The notes: generated from the letters alone by a model not told the origin. A stretch of DNA of 64,000 bases from Candidatus Jorgensenbacteria bacterium (GCA_030648515.1 JAUSHK010000005.1:162895-226894), one strand, 5' to 3'; numbered from the stretch's first letter, positions 11,754 through 22,840 are shown. A program made the numbers and translations.

Positions 11754-11844
11754 ATGTAAATACGATAAGATTATTTTATCAGTTCTATCTACTATGTCCC
11801 TTCTGGACATCTCCCATAGGGAGACAAACTACCAACTACAAACT

Positions 11845-13020
11845 TCACTTTAGGTCATTATACATGCTCAACACCTCCGCTGCGGTGAGCGCGCGTTTAT
11901 AGATGCGGACCTCGTCAATTGAACCACTGAAATAATCCGTTGATTGCGCCCCTATTGCCGTATACCCGCCAACAGTTTCAGTGTTTGCCTGCGCTAATGT
12001 ATTTGCGCTAAGCGTTTCTTCTGTTCCATCAAGATACAATTTTGGCGTTGTCGCATTTACCCCTATCACAGCGCAAATGTTATGCCAACTTGTATCAATC
12101 GCGGATGTTGATTTAGCATCGCCGTGCCCGGTATGACTGTACCAAAAATTGCCATCTGAAGTTACGGTAAAAATATATCCGTTTGCGGTATTGTCTATTC
12201 CTCCATAATTAATTCTTGTAGAAACTATTCCGCCACCCACGCCGGTGTTTCTTTTTACCCACGCACATATCGTTTTTGCATCGTTTGCGCCTGCGCCTGA
12301 ATTAGTTAGAGCGCTTACATAACTACTTACGCCGTCAAAACTCAGACACCCTCCAGCTTTGCAGCTTGAACCGGAAGCCCAGGTCGGACTATTTGTTGCC
12401 GTGCCATTATTACCCTGTCCTGAAGCGTCATATGTTGTTGTCGCCGTTCCTTCATCAAAATGCCAGTATCCTACCATTCCAGATTCAAAGCGCGTCGTAA
12501 CGCTGCCGCGCGTATTTACAATCACATCTCCCATAAACGCATCAGCGGCGCCGGTTACAATTGATACAATTTTTTTTGATGAAAGCGCGCCTGTTCGCGC
12601 CGCGAACGCTAGGTCAAGCGTACTTGAGGTGTACGGGTTTGAAAATCTTACATTGCGGGTTGAAAGCGCATATGTATTTGTGGTAGTTCCAGCACTAAAG
12701 CTTGTTCCTTGAAACACGTCGTAGATTTGCGAAGAAGTCGTATTGATAAAGTGGACTCCCCACGCGAGCCCGCTCTCCTGGGCTATTGAACGATTTTTTG
12801 CATCGTTTATCGCCGCGGAAAGTTCGCGAAGCGTGAGTTTTATGTTTTGGCTTCCTCCAAATCGCCCCATTACAGCCACGCCAGCAACTGTGAGTATCAC
12901 CATAAGCCCAATCACAATTAAGAGTTCAATGAGGGTGAAACCACCGCACGCCTTGAAGCGCGTTGGTATTAAGTATCTAGTATCATGTATCATGTATTTT
13001 TTCTGCGTATTTTTTTCCAT
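11845..13020 (-). CDS. Pilin-like protein with C-terminal LamG domain
   Basis: GFTLIELLIVI; MVGYWHFDEG...GSIDEVRIYKRAL. Confidence 0.88.
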   Translation of the reverse strand: MEKNTQKKYMIHDTRYLIPTRFKACGGFTLIELLIVIGLMVILTVAGVAVMGRFGGSQNIKLTLRELSAAINDAKNRSIAQESGLAWGVHFINTTSSQIYDVFQGTSFSAGTTTNTYALSTRNVRFSNPYTSSTLDLAFAARTGALSSKKIVSIVTGAADAFMGDVIVNTRGSVTTRFESGMVGYWHFDEGTATTTYDASGQGNNGTATNSPTWASGSSCKAGGCLSFDGVSSYVSALTNSGAGANDAKTICAWVKRNTGVGGGIVSTRINYGGIDNTANGYIFTVTSDGNFWYSHTGHGDAKSTSAIDTSWHNICAVIGVNATTPKLYLDGTEETLSANTLAQANTETVGGYTAIGAQSTDYFSGSIDEVRIYKRALTAAEVLSMYNDLK

Positions 13021-13054
13021 ACTTAATACTTTATACTTGCTACCTGATACTTTC

Positions 13055-14257
13055 TTAGAACTGCGTCGTGAGTTGGTAAATCGGGATGATAATTGCGAGC
13101 GCTATTACGCCGATTACTACACCAATAAAAAGCAACAACACTGGCTCTAAGAATGAAACGAGTGATTTTACAGAGCCATCAATCTCTTTCATGTAGAAAT
13201 CAGCAAGCGTAGAGAGCACTTCTTCAAGATGCCCGGCGCGTTCGGAGATTGCCACAAGGTTTGTCACCGCCTGCGGAAAATACGGCTCACGTTTAAACGC
13301 CTCACCGATAGTGAGCCCCTTTGCGAGGCCTTCCCGCGAGATGCGCATGAGCGCGATTTTCAAATCAACATTTCCAACGGCGTTTGCAGTGATTTCAATG
13401 GCTTCTGTTATCGGCATACCGGCGCGGATTAAGGAAGAGAGAACCGACGCAAACCGCTGAACGGCGATTTTCCGAACAATATCCCGAATTACCGGAATCT
13501 CATCCACTACGCTCGTTATGAACCTCTTAAACGCCATCGATGATTTGTAGAGATAGGTAATGAAACCAATCACAACAGCGAGCGTCCCGAATATGAGAAT
13601 GCTGTGGTCGCTTAAGAAAAGACCCGCTGTAAAAACAATTTTTGAAAAAAGCGGCGGTTCAAATCCTCCCTGCAAAAATACATTCGCAATTTTAGGCAGT
13701 GCGAACATAACCAAAAAAACAAGAATGGTGACCGACCCCACGAAGAGCAGTGCCGGGTAAATGAGCGCGCCCTTAATCTGGTCGTGCAGTTCTTTCTGCC
13801 GCGTGAGCATGCCCGTGAGATTATCAAAAACATTCTCAAGATTTCCAGAGGCCTCGCCCGCGCGAATCAGATTCGTGTATACCTGGCTGAACACTTTTGG
13901 GTGGCGCGCGAATGTCGTGTAAAACGGATTGCCTTGTTCAAGCGAAGAGCGTATCTCAAGTAAAATATTTTTAACGGCCGGCTTATTAAAATCCGCGATT
14001 AAAATATTTACCGCCTCCATAAGCCCGGTCCCAATCTTTAACATGAGTGTCATATACTTTGAAAGGAAAATCTGGTCTGTGATAGTCACCGTCCCGCTAA
14101 AAATAGAGCGCCGCATTGCGCTTTCCGTCGGCCGCACAGAAACCGGCCGTAGGCCATTTTTCGAAAGAAGCAGAAGAACTTCATTTACATCTTTAGCGTT
14201 AACCTCGTTCTCAATGATTCTTCCGTCCTCCTGCGAAGCAACGTATCTAAATTTCAT
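13055..14257 (-). CDS. pilC: Type IV pilus inner-membrane platform protein (PilC/GspF)
   Basis: Two T2SSF domains; AGEASGNL, ALIYP, LEPVL motifs. Confidence 0.93.
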   Translation of the reverse strand: MKFRYVASQEDGRIIENEVNAKDVNEVLLLLSKNGLRPVSVRPTESAMRRSIFSGTVTITDQIFLSKYMTLMLKIGTGLMEAVNILIADFNKPAVKNILLEIRSSLEQGNPFYTTFARHPKVFSQVYTNLIRAGEASGNLENVFDNLTGMLTRQKELHDQIKGALIYPALLFVGSVTILVFLVMFALPKIANVFLQGGFEPPLFSKIVFTAGLFLSDHSILIFGTLAVVIGFITYLYKSSMAFKRFITSVVDEIPVIRDIVRKIAVQRFASVLSSLIRAGMPITEAIEITANAVGNVDLKIALMRISREGLAKGLTIGEAFKREPYFPQAVTNLVAISERAGHLEEVLSTLADFYMKEIDGSVKSLVSFLEPVLLLFIGVVIGVIALAIIIPIYQLTTQF

Positions 14258-14323
14258 AGTAATTGGTAATTGGCTTTTATGTTATTTTCTCAAATTTAAT
14301 ATCTAATTACTAGCTGTTAACCG

Positions 14324-16045
14324 CTATTCCCTAATAACTCTAAATATCTCTTCAATCGTTGTAAGTCCGCGCTCAACTTTTTTAAGCCCATCCTCAAACA
14401 TCGTTGTCATCCCCTCGGCGCGCGCGAGCTTTCTCAAATTATCAAGATTGAATTCGCTGCTGATAATGAGTTTCCGTACGGCTTCCGAGATATTCATAAT
14501 TTCAAAAATTCCCATGCGTCCAAGAAAGCCCGTGCCGGCGCAGGCATCGCACCCCTTCCCGCGGTAAAATGTTTTTGTGAGGCGCACTGCTTTTGGATCA
14601 ACGTCCAAGTCGCGCAACTCGCGTTCTATCACGGTGTAAATCTGCGGATCCGGAGTGTATGACTCAATACACTCAAGACAGATTTTTCTGACAAGCCGCT
14701 GGGCGATAATGTCGTTTATAACCGCGGAAACAAGAAACGGTTGGACACCCATATCAATCAAACGCGGAATTACTGTTGGGGCATCGTTTGTGTGAACGCT
14801 TGAGAGCACGAGGTGGCCGGTAAGCGACGCCTGCACGGCAATGTTTGCTGTTTCTCCGTCGCGGATTTCACCGACCATAATAATATTCGGGTCCTGGCGG
14901 AGAATAGACCTAAGCCCTGAAGCAAACGTAATGCCGGCGGCAACGTTTACCTGCACCTGGTTTACATATCGCATATCGTATTCTATCGGGTCTTCGACGG
15001 TCACGATATTAACCTCCGGGCGGTTTAAAATGTTCATTATTGAATACAGCGTCGTCGTTTTACCGCATCCAGTAGGACCGCACGCAAGCACCATACCGTA
15101 TGTTTTCCCAACTGCTTCAAGGATAAGTTTTTGTCCATCGTCAAAAATGCCGAGCTCCGTGAGTGAAAGCGGTTTCTGCGCCGCCGAAAGAAGACGAAGC
15201 ACCATTTTTTCGCCGTAGAACGTCGGGATTACCGAAACGCGGATATCAACTTCCGTGCCGCCGATTTCGTAGCGAAAGCGGCCATCCTGCGGATGCGTGT
15301 GTTCGTCAATGCGCAAGCTTGAAAGAATTTTAATACGGGCGACAATCGCCGGATGAATCTCCTTTGGCATTCTGATAACTTCATGGAGAATGCCGTCAAC
15401 CCGATAGCGCACGAGAACGCCGTCTTCAAGAACTTCAAAATGAACGTCTGAAGCGCGCGAGGAAATTCCGTACGAGAGCAGGTTATCGACGATGGCGACA
15501 ATCGGAAGATCTTTCGCGCTTTCCTCGAGAGTCACTCCTCGCGCCTGAGCGCGAAGCGAATCCTGAATGCTATTTTCAATGACAGTTTTGAAATCCTGTG
15601 TGAGCCGCTCGCTATATAGCGAGAATCCTTTGTTTAAATCGTCTTCTGTCGCAAGATACGGTTCAATCTGCCCGCCAAGCTTAAGAGCTAGAAAATCAAC
15701 CGTCTCAAGATCAATCGGGTCTTCCATCGCCACCTTGAATTGCCCAGTTTCTTCATTTTTTCCAAACACAATCGCCCGCCGTTTCCTGGCAATATCTTCC
15801 GGAATCATGCGGAGCAACGCTTCGTCAATTTTTATAAAGCTTAGGTTTGCCTGCGGAACGCCGAGCGCTTTTGCGGTAAGTGTAAAAAAATAATCTTTAC
15901 TAATGAGCCCGCGCGCAATAAGAATCTCGGCAATGTTTTGCTGTTTCCGCTCTGCTTCTATGCGCATCGTTTCAAACGTCGACTCGTCAAAAATGCCGGC
16001 GCGCAAAAAGATGTCGCGGAGTTTCTCGGCAGGAAGGTTAATCAT
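14324..16045 (-). CDS. pilB: Type IV pilus assembly ATPase (PilB/GspE)
   Basis: GPTGCGKTTT, LRQDPNIIMVGEIRD, tetracysteine motif, N-terminal MshEN-like region. Confidence 0.95.
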   Translation of the reverse strand: MINLPAEKLRDIFLRAGIFDESTFETMRIEAERKQQNIAEILIARGLISKDYFFTLTAKALGVPQANLSFIKIDEALLRMIPEDIARKRRAIVFGKNEETGQFKVAMEDPIDLETVDFLALKLGGQIEPYLATEDDLNKGFSLYSERLTQDFKTVIENSIQDSLRAQARGVTLEESAKDLPIVAIVDNLLSYGISSRASDVHFEVLEDGVLVRYRVDGILHEVIRMPKEIHPAIVARIKILSSLRIDEHTHPQDGRFRYEIGGTEVDIRVSVIPTFYGEKMVLRLLSAAQKPLSLTELGIFDDGQKLILEAVGKTYGMVLACGPTGCGKTTTLYSIMNILNRPEVNIVTVEDPIEYDMRYVNQVQVNVAAGITFASGLRSILRQDPNIIMVGEIRDGETANIAVQASLTGHLVLSSVHTNDAPTVIPRLIDMGVQPFLVSAVINDIIAQRLVRKICLECIESYTPDPQIYTVIERELRDLDVDPKAVRLTKTFYRGKGCDACAGTGFLGRMGIFEIMNISEAVRKLIISSEFNLDNLRKLARAEGMTTMFEDGLKKVERGLTTIEEIFRVIRE

Positions 16046-16108
16046 TCAACTTTAAGTATAACAAAACTCCCCGCACTATTGCGGAGAGTTTTATTTTCGT
16101 TTCGTGTT

Positions 16109-16696
16109 TTATAAGCTTAACGAGTTTCCTACTTCATACCAATCATTATCTGTTCCGCCGTCTTTTGTATCTGATTCAACATCGGAACCGCCGCTTGTTT
16201 TATATTTTGTGCTTTCCATACTCGCATTAAGTTCATATTGTTCACTTGTATTACTTGCGAATACGTACATGCATATACTGAGAGTGTTAGTACATGTCGT
16301 TGCTCCGTTATTCGGATCCATCGGTAGTTTCGCGAGCGGGGACCCGGACGAAATACTAGTGAAATCTATCGGAACCCAACCGCCGCCGCTTACGACGGTC
16401 GAACTTGACTGAGTGCATGTCTGAGTCATACTCGCCGGTTTCGTAGCTCCGCTTGTGCATTTGCCTACTGCGGTAAATGCCGGATTCGCAACATCTGAGA
16501 GATAAAGCGCAATGGAGCTGTTGAGCGCCGCAAGATCAGAAATGCGCGTGGAATCGCGCGCTTGTTTGATAAGTTCAACTGGATTCAGAACTAACACAAC
16601 CGCGGTTGCTAAAACTGCAAGGATAGCAATAACAATAAGAAGTTCAATAAGAGTAAAACCCCGTTTTGCAGTAATTACGGCGCGTTCTTTTTTCAT
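16109..16696 (-). CDS. Type IV pilin, probably major
   Basis: KRGFTLIELLIVIAIL; cysteine pairs; downstream terminator-like hairpin near 16064-16092. Confidence 0.9.
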   Translation of the reverse strand: MKKERAVITAKRGFTLIELLIVIAILAVLATAVVLVLNPVELIKQARDSTRISDLAALNSSIALYLSDVANPAFTAVGKCTSGATKPASMTQTCTQSSSTVVSGGGWVPIDFTSISSGSPLAKLPMDPNNGATTCTNTLSICMYVFASNTSEQYELNASMESTKYKTSGGSDVESDTKDGGTDNDWYEVGNSLSL

Positions 16697-16787
16697 TGAT
16701 TACTTTTCTTTATATAAATAATATCACACTTCACCTAAAACGCCCAATCAAAACTATCCACACCCCTAGAAAAGAAAGCGGCTTGCT

Positions 16788-17168
16788 CTATCTCATCTGC
16801 AAGAGCAATTTCGCCTGTTCCACAAGATCCTCAATTGAAAGCCTCGCTTTCACAAAATACTGGACGGCTCCGAGTGATTGGCCTTTCGCTATATCACTAT
16901 CCTGCCCGAGATTTGAAACAATGATGACTGGCGCGCGCTCAAACTGCGGGTCAATTTTTAACTGTTCCAAAACTTCAAATCCGGAAATTTTCGGAAGTAT
17001 GATATCAAGCAAAATGAGATCCGGCTTAAATTCACGAAGTGTTGCAAGCGCTTCCTCGCCGTCGCGCTTCAACACAACATTAATACCTTCGCGCTCAAGC
17101 CGCTGTTTTAACAAGTTACCTAGGAGCGGCTCATCCTCTACAAGCAAGACATTTTTTTGTTCTGGCAT
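16788..17168 (-). CDS. Single-domain response regulator (receiver)
   Basis: LLVEDE, LLDIILP, FVK receiver motifs; no output domain. Confidence 0.92.
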   Translation of the reverse strand: MPEQKNVLLVEDEPLLGNLLKQRLEREGINVVLKRDGEEALATLREFKPDLILLDIILPKISGFEVLEQLKIDPQFERAPVIIVSNLGQDSDIAKGQSLGAVQYFVKARLSIEDLVEQAKLLLQMR

Positions 17169-17326
17169 AGTGTGACTATATCGCAAAACTTTTATTTGCA
17201 CAACACCAACGGATTCCGATTTAGAGATTAAAGATTTTTTTAGTTATCCCAGCGGGCCGAGACATAAAGGCTCATCGGCTAACACCTTAATTTTAAACTA
17301 TACAATTTTAAAAACTGTATAACGAC

Positions 17327-18826
<1,500 letters not shown>

Positions 18827-19005
18827 ATGAGCAACCGCGAACGCAAGGATCGTTGAAACAATCCGTGTGTCCGTGATTACTCTCGAATACATTGGGACAA
18901 CTAAAAAAATCCTAAATCCGCTTTAATGCGCGGCGCTGCAGCCGCACTATTAAAGCTATTCTCTTTTTAACGAACAGTCGCTCTCCAAAGAGCAACGTAA
19001 GGTCC

Positions 19006-19033
19006 ATTATAAGCACAGCTCGGCAGGAGTCAA
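19006..19033 (-). promoter_or_regulatory. 16S rRNA promoter TTGACT-N16-TATAAT
   Basis: Near-consensus sigma70 boxes with the 16-bp spacer typical of rRNA promoters, about 180 nt upstream of 16S. Confidence 0.8.
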
Positions 19034-19046
19034 GGGGATGGATTTA

Positions 19047-19075
19047 TTGACTATTTTGAGGAGCACGGCTATTAT
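19047..19075 (+). promoter_or_regulatory. rpmE promoter TTGACT-N17-TATTAT, near-leaderless
   Basis: -10 box ends 9 nt before ATG 19085. Confidence 0.7.
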
Positions 19076-19084
19076 TACCCCACT

Positions 19085-19336
19085 ATGAAAAAAGATATCC
19101 ATCCCGCATACCATAAGAACGCAACGGTAAAATGCGCCTGCGGAGCGAAACATTCCCTTGGTTCAACATCTGAACATATGGAAGTTGAAATCTGCAGCGA
19201 GTGCCACCCGTTCTATACCGGCAAGCAAACACTCGTTGATACTGCCGGACGCATTGAACGTTTTAAGGCGCGCAAAGAAAAAGCAGTCACGCAACCAAAG
19301 GTTAAGAAAGCTCGTGTTTCAAAAAATAAGGAGTAG
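19085..19336 (+). CDS. rpmE: 50S ribosomal protein L31, Zn-binding type
   Basis: [21 protein letters not shown]. Confidence 0.98.
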   Translation: MKKDIHPAYHKNATVKCACGAKHSLGSTSEHMEVEICSECHPFYTGKQTLVDTAGRIERFKARKEKAVTQPKVKKARVSKNKE

Positions 19337-19354
19337 TCCTCAAACGTATCCACT

Positions 19355-20017
19355 ATGGAACTTCATCTTTCACCAAGAACTGTCCTTGGAAAAAAAGTAA
19401 AACGCATTCGCGCGGAAGGCATTGTCCCAGGAGAACTTTATGGGCACGGCACCTCAAACCGCCATGTAAGCGTAAATAATAAGGAGTTTTTGAAAGTTTA
19501 TCGAGCATCAGGCGAGAACACTATTGTAACCGCCGACATTGAAGGAAATGGGAAAGCCCCTGTTCTTATTTCCCACGTTGACCGTGACGCAATTTCCGGC
19601 GCTATTTTATCCATTGATTTTCACCAAATCAGAATGGACGAAAAAATCACCACTCAGGTTCCTATCGCGTTTCATGGCGAATCGCCTGCTACAAAAGCCG
19701 GCCTTGTGGTGATTAAAGTGCTGCACGAAATCAATATTGAATCGCTTCCGGGAAATATCCCGCATGAGTTTCGTGTGTCTCTCGAGAAGCTTGAGAAAAC
19801 CGGCGACAGCATCGCGGTACAAGACATTCCCGTACCGAACGGCGTAAAGATTTTAACGTCGGCTGACATGACTGTTGTGACGGTCCAGGAAAAAACGAGG
19901 GAGGAAGTACAGGCACCAGCGGCTGTTCCAATCGCGACAGAGACGACAACAGCTGAAACAAAAGCTGAAACCGCGCCGACCGCGAAAGCATCTGAACAGA
20001 AAACCGAGAAAAAATAG
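19355..20017 (+). CDS. rplY: 50S ribosomal protein L25/Ctc
   Basis: RAEGIVPGELYG, SIDF, C-terminal CTC domain. Confidence 0.95.
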   Translation: MELHLSPRTVLGKKVKRIRAEGIVPGELYGHGTSNRHVSVNNKEFLKVYRASGENTIVTADIEGNGKAPVLISHVDRDAISGAILSIDFHQIRMDEKITTQVPIAFHGESPATKAGLVVIKVLHEINIESLPGNIPHEFRVSLEKLEKTGDSIAVQDIPVPNGVKILTSADMTVVTVQEKTREEVQAPAAVPIATETTTAETKAETAPTAKASEQKTEKK

Positions 20018-20096
20018 CGCGAGTTTGTCGCGCGCATTCCCCGGCCCCACGGGGAATTTTTGTTTCTAACGTTCTCCTTGTATACTTATACTATAC

Positions 20097-21479
20097 ATGC
20101 AAAGCGCACAGAAAAATCTTTGGATGCTTGGTTTAATTTTTGTTTGTGCGGCCGCACTGCTTTTCAGCGTTTTTCTTGGCGCGCCTACTACTCAGGCGCA
20201 AAGCGCTTCGAATTCGCAAAGCACGCAGGACCAGCGTAGCGCGCTTGAAGCACAGCTCGCGGAACTTGAAAAGCAAGAAGCAGAATACGAAAAGACGGTG
20301 GCTAAGTACCAGACACAAGGAAAAACATTAAAGGGGGAAATTTCGGTGCTTACCGCGAAAATTTCTCAGCTTAAAAAGCAAATCACAACTGTCACGTTGA
20401 ACCTCCAAAAAATCAACGAGGAAATTACCGCCACTCAGCAGAACATCAACAAGACGGAAAACAAAATCGGCGACCATCTTAATGCAATCGCAAGCGCTCT
20501 CCGTAGTTTAAATGAAGCGGATCGGGAAAGTCTGCTTACTATTATGATGGCAAACCGTCAGCTCTCCGATTTCTTTGGAGATATCACAAATGTCGTTTTA
20601 GTTCAGCAAAGCATTAAAACCGCGCTCGACGAGATTATCAAGCTTCGCGAGGAACTGCTCCAACAAAAAGAACAATTGAGTAATGAGCGGACTGACGCGG
20701 AAAACCTTCGTCTTATCCGCCTCTCTCAGCAAAAACAGATTGAAGTTACGCAAAAAGAGAAAACCAAAATTCTTACGGTCACTAAAGGAAAGGAGTCCGA
20801 ATATCAAAAACTTCTTAAAAAAACCCAGGAGAGCGCGGCACAAATCAGGAGCCGTATCTTTGAGCTTCTAGGCGGCGGCGAACTTACATTTGAAAAGGCG
20901 TACAACTATGCAAAGCTTGCGGAAAGCGCGACAGGCGTGCGCGCAGCGCTTACTCTCGCAATCCTTGACCGCGAATCCCTACTTGGGAAAAATGTCGGGA
21001 GGTGCAATTATCAAACCGCGATGCACCCGACGCGGGATATTCCTTACTTCCTTGATTTATTAAGAAGACTCGGCATTGACCCAAACTCTGCGGCCGCATC
21101 AGTTTCATGCCCGATTTCCGCCCATGGTTCTTATGGCGGCGCAATGGGTCCCGCGCAATTTATTCCGTCAACGTGGAAATTGTATGAAACTGAGATTTCC
21201 AAGATTACGAGTAACAACCCGGCAAATCCCTGGAACAATTCAGACGCGTTTGTCGCAACCGGGCTTTATATCCAAGATCTTGAAGCTTCTGACAGCTGCA
21301 AGAGCTATGCCAATGCTAATAGCGCCACATTACCGAGACAGACGCTTATTGAGCGTTGCGCAGCCGCGAAATATTATTCAGGAAGCAGCTGGTACACATA
21401 TCGGTTTTGGTACGGCCAACCAGTGGTTGATAAAGCCAACAAGTTCCAGCAGGATATTAATGTCTTAACGGGAGCGTAA
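20097..21479 (+). CDS. Secreted coiled-coil (PcsB-like) protein with C-terminal lytic transglycosylase domain
   Basis: Signal peptide, long coiled coil, AILDRES, GAMGPAQFIPSTW. Confidence 0.85.
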   Translation: MQSAQKNLWMLGLIFVCAAALLFSVFLGAPTTQAQSASNSQSTQDQRSALEAQLAELEKQEAEYEKTVAKYQTQGKTLKGEISVLTAKISQLKKQITTVTLNLQKINEEITATQQNINKTENKIGDHLNAIASALRSLNEADRESLLTIMMANRQLSDFFGDITNVVLVQQSIKTALDEIIKLREELLQQKEQLSNERTDAENLRLIRLSQQKQIEVTQKEKTKILTVTKGKESEYQKLLKKTQESAAQIRSRIFELLGGGELTFEKAYNYAKLAESATGVRAALTLAILDRESLLGKNVGRCNYQTAMHPTRDIPYFLDLLRRLGIDPNSAAASVSCPISAHGSYGGAMGPAQFIPSTWKLYETEISKITSNNPANPWNNSDAFVATGLYIQDLEASDSCKSYANANSATLPRQTLIERCAAAKYYSGSSWYTYRFWYGQPVVDKANKFQQDINVLTGA

Positions 21480-21518
21480 ACTAAAACCGCCGCGGCGGCG
21501 CGGCGGAATTTTCGATTT

Positions 21519-22256
21519 TTATTTACTAAACGCTTTCACGATTTGCTCCATTTCGCCGCCCAGTATTTTTTCAATATTGTGAAATTTTTTCCCAATTCTG
21601 TGGTCAGTGATTCTGTCTTCCGGGAAATTGTACGTTCTGATTTTCTCCGCCCGCTCGCCCGAGCCAATTTGTTCGTTGCGCAGTTCGCCGACTGATCCGA
21701 CAGCTTGCTCTTTCTGCATTTCAAAAAGTTTTGCGCGCAGAACCTCCATCGCTTTCTCGCGGTTCGCGTGCTGTGAGCGTTCTTCGCGGGACCCTACCAC
21801 TAACCCGGTTGGTTTATGCGTAATACGAACGGCGGTTTCAACTTTATTAACATTCTGCCCGCCGGGACCGCCAGCGCGCGAAAACGTAACCTCTAAGTCG
21901 CTTTCTTTTACATCCACTGCCTTCGCTTCAACGACCGGCAAAACCGCCACTGATGCGGTTGATGTATGAATTCTTCCCTGCCGCTCGGTTTCAGGAATTC
22001 GCTGTACTCGGTGCACGCCTGATTCTTGCTTCAAGGCATCGTAAACGCCGAGGCCCGCTATTTCCGCGACAAGCGTTTTATATCCGCGTGCGCCGCTCAT
22101 ACTTGAATCGAGCGTCACAAACTGCCACCCGCGCTTCGCGGCATATTTCTGATACATCCGTGCCAAGTCGCCCGCAAAAAGCGACGCTTCGTCTCCACCG
22201 GTTCCCGCGCGCACTTCAAGAATGATTTTATTAATTGTGGTTTCCATAAATACCAT
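21519..22256 (-). CDS. prfA: Peptide chain release factor 1, short form lacking N-terminal domain
   Basis: [13 protein letters not shown] (PxT motif), [15 protein letters not shown]; 245 aa. Confidence 0.9.
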   Translation of the reverse strand: MVFMETTINKIILEVRAGTGGDEASLFAGDLARMYQKYAAKRGWQFVTLDSSMSGARGYKTLVAEIAGLGVYDALKQESGVHRVQRIPETERQGRIHTSTASVAVLPVVEAKAVDVKESDLEVTFSRAGGPGGQNVNKVETAVRITHKPTGLVVGSREERSQHANREKAMEVLRAKLFEMQKEQAVGSVGELRNEQIGSGERAEKIRTYNFPEDRITDHRIGKKFHNIEKILGGEMEQIVKAFSK

Positions 22257-22335
22257 TTAAACACAAGAAACGCTGTTCAGCAATTGCCTTATTTCTAAAT
22301 TGCTGTATGTGATTAGATGGGGATGCTCCTTGTTC

Positions 22336-22377
22336 TATAGCACAGGTGGTATGACATGTCATACCACCTGTGCTATA
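22336..22377. repeat. 42-bp perfect palindrome overlapping an extended -10 box (TGCTATAAT)
   Basis: TATAGCACAGGTGGTATGACATGTCATACCACCTGTGCTATA equals its own reverse complement. Confidence 0.95.
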
Positions 22378-22397
22378 ATTATGTTATAGCTAACAAT

Positions 22398-22784
22398 ATG
22401 CCATCTCCGCTACCGTTGAAAAACCTTTCTTTATCGCACAAGGAATTGGAAAGGATGTATTGGAAGAAGATATTGAAATCCGAAAAACTTTTTGATTCGC
22501 TGATTACCTCGAGCGAACGCCACAACATAGTTATGCGTGCCGCAGTAGCGGAACTTGTAGATTCAGGAATGGGGACTCGACAAATCTCAAGAGAGCTTAG
22601 TATTTCTCGGCAAACCATAAGCAATATAAAAAGGATTACTAAAGAGAGTGCTTATAAAAGTTACCGCGAACGAGGTAAAACAGAACGGAGAAAGAAAGCG
22701 TATAACGGCAACTCTTCTCAGAAGAAAAAAGAACATGACCAGCACTACCGCCAAACTAAGTACGGAAAAGTTTACTTGCCTTGA
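22398..22784 (+). CDS. TrpR/YerC-YecD-like helix-turn-helix protein with basic tail
   Basis: LITSSERHNIVMRAAVAELV..GTRQISRELSISRQTIS resembles the Trp-repressor HTH pattern. Confidence 0.7.
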   Translation: MPSPLPLKNLSLSHKELERMYWKKILKSEKLFDSLITSSERHNIVMRAAVAELVDSGMGTRQISRELSISRQTISNIKRITKESAYKSYRERGKTERRKKAYNGNSSQKKKEHDQHYRQTKYGKVYLP

Positions 22785-22811
22785 TTACTTGATATTAAAT
22801 TTCAGATTTTG

Positions 22812-22835
22812 GGTGGTATGACACGTCATACCACC
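22812..22835. repeat. Second copy of palindrome core GGTGGTATGACacGTCATACCACC
   Basis: 23/24 identical to 22345-22368. Confidence 0.95.
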
Positions 22836-22840
22836 GCGCT

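Noticed and set aside
19328-19333. AAGGAG upstream of rplY as an SD
   Set aside because: It is 21 nt from the ATG and is simply the last codons (Lys-Glu) of rpmE.
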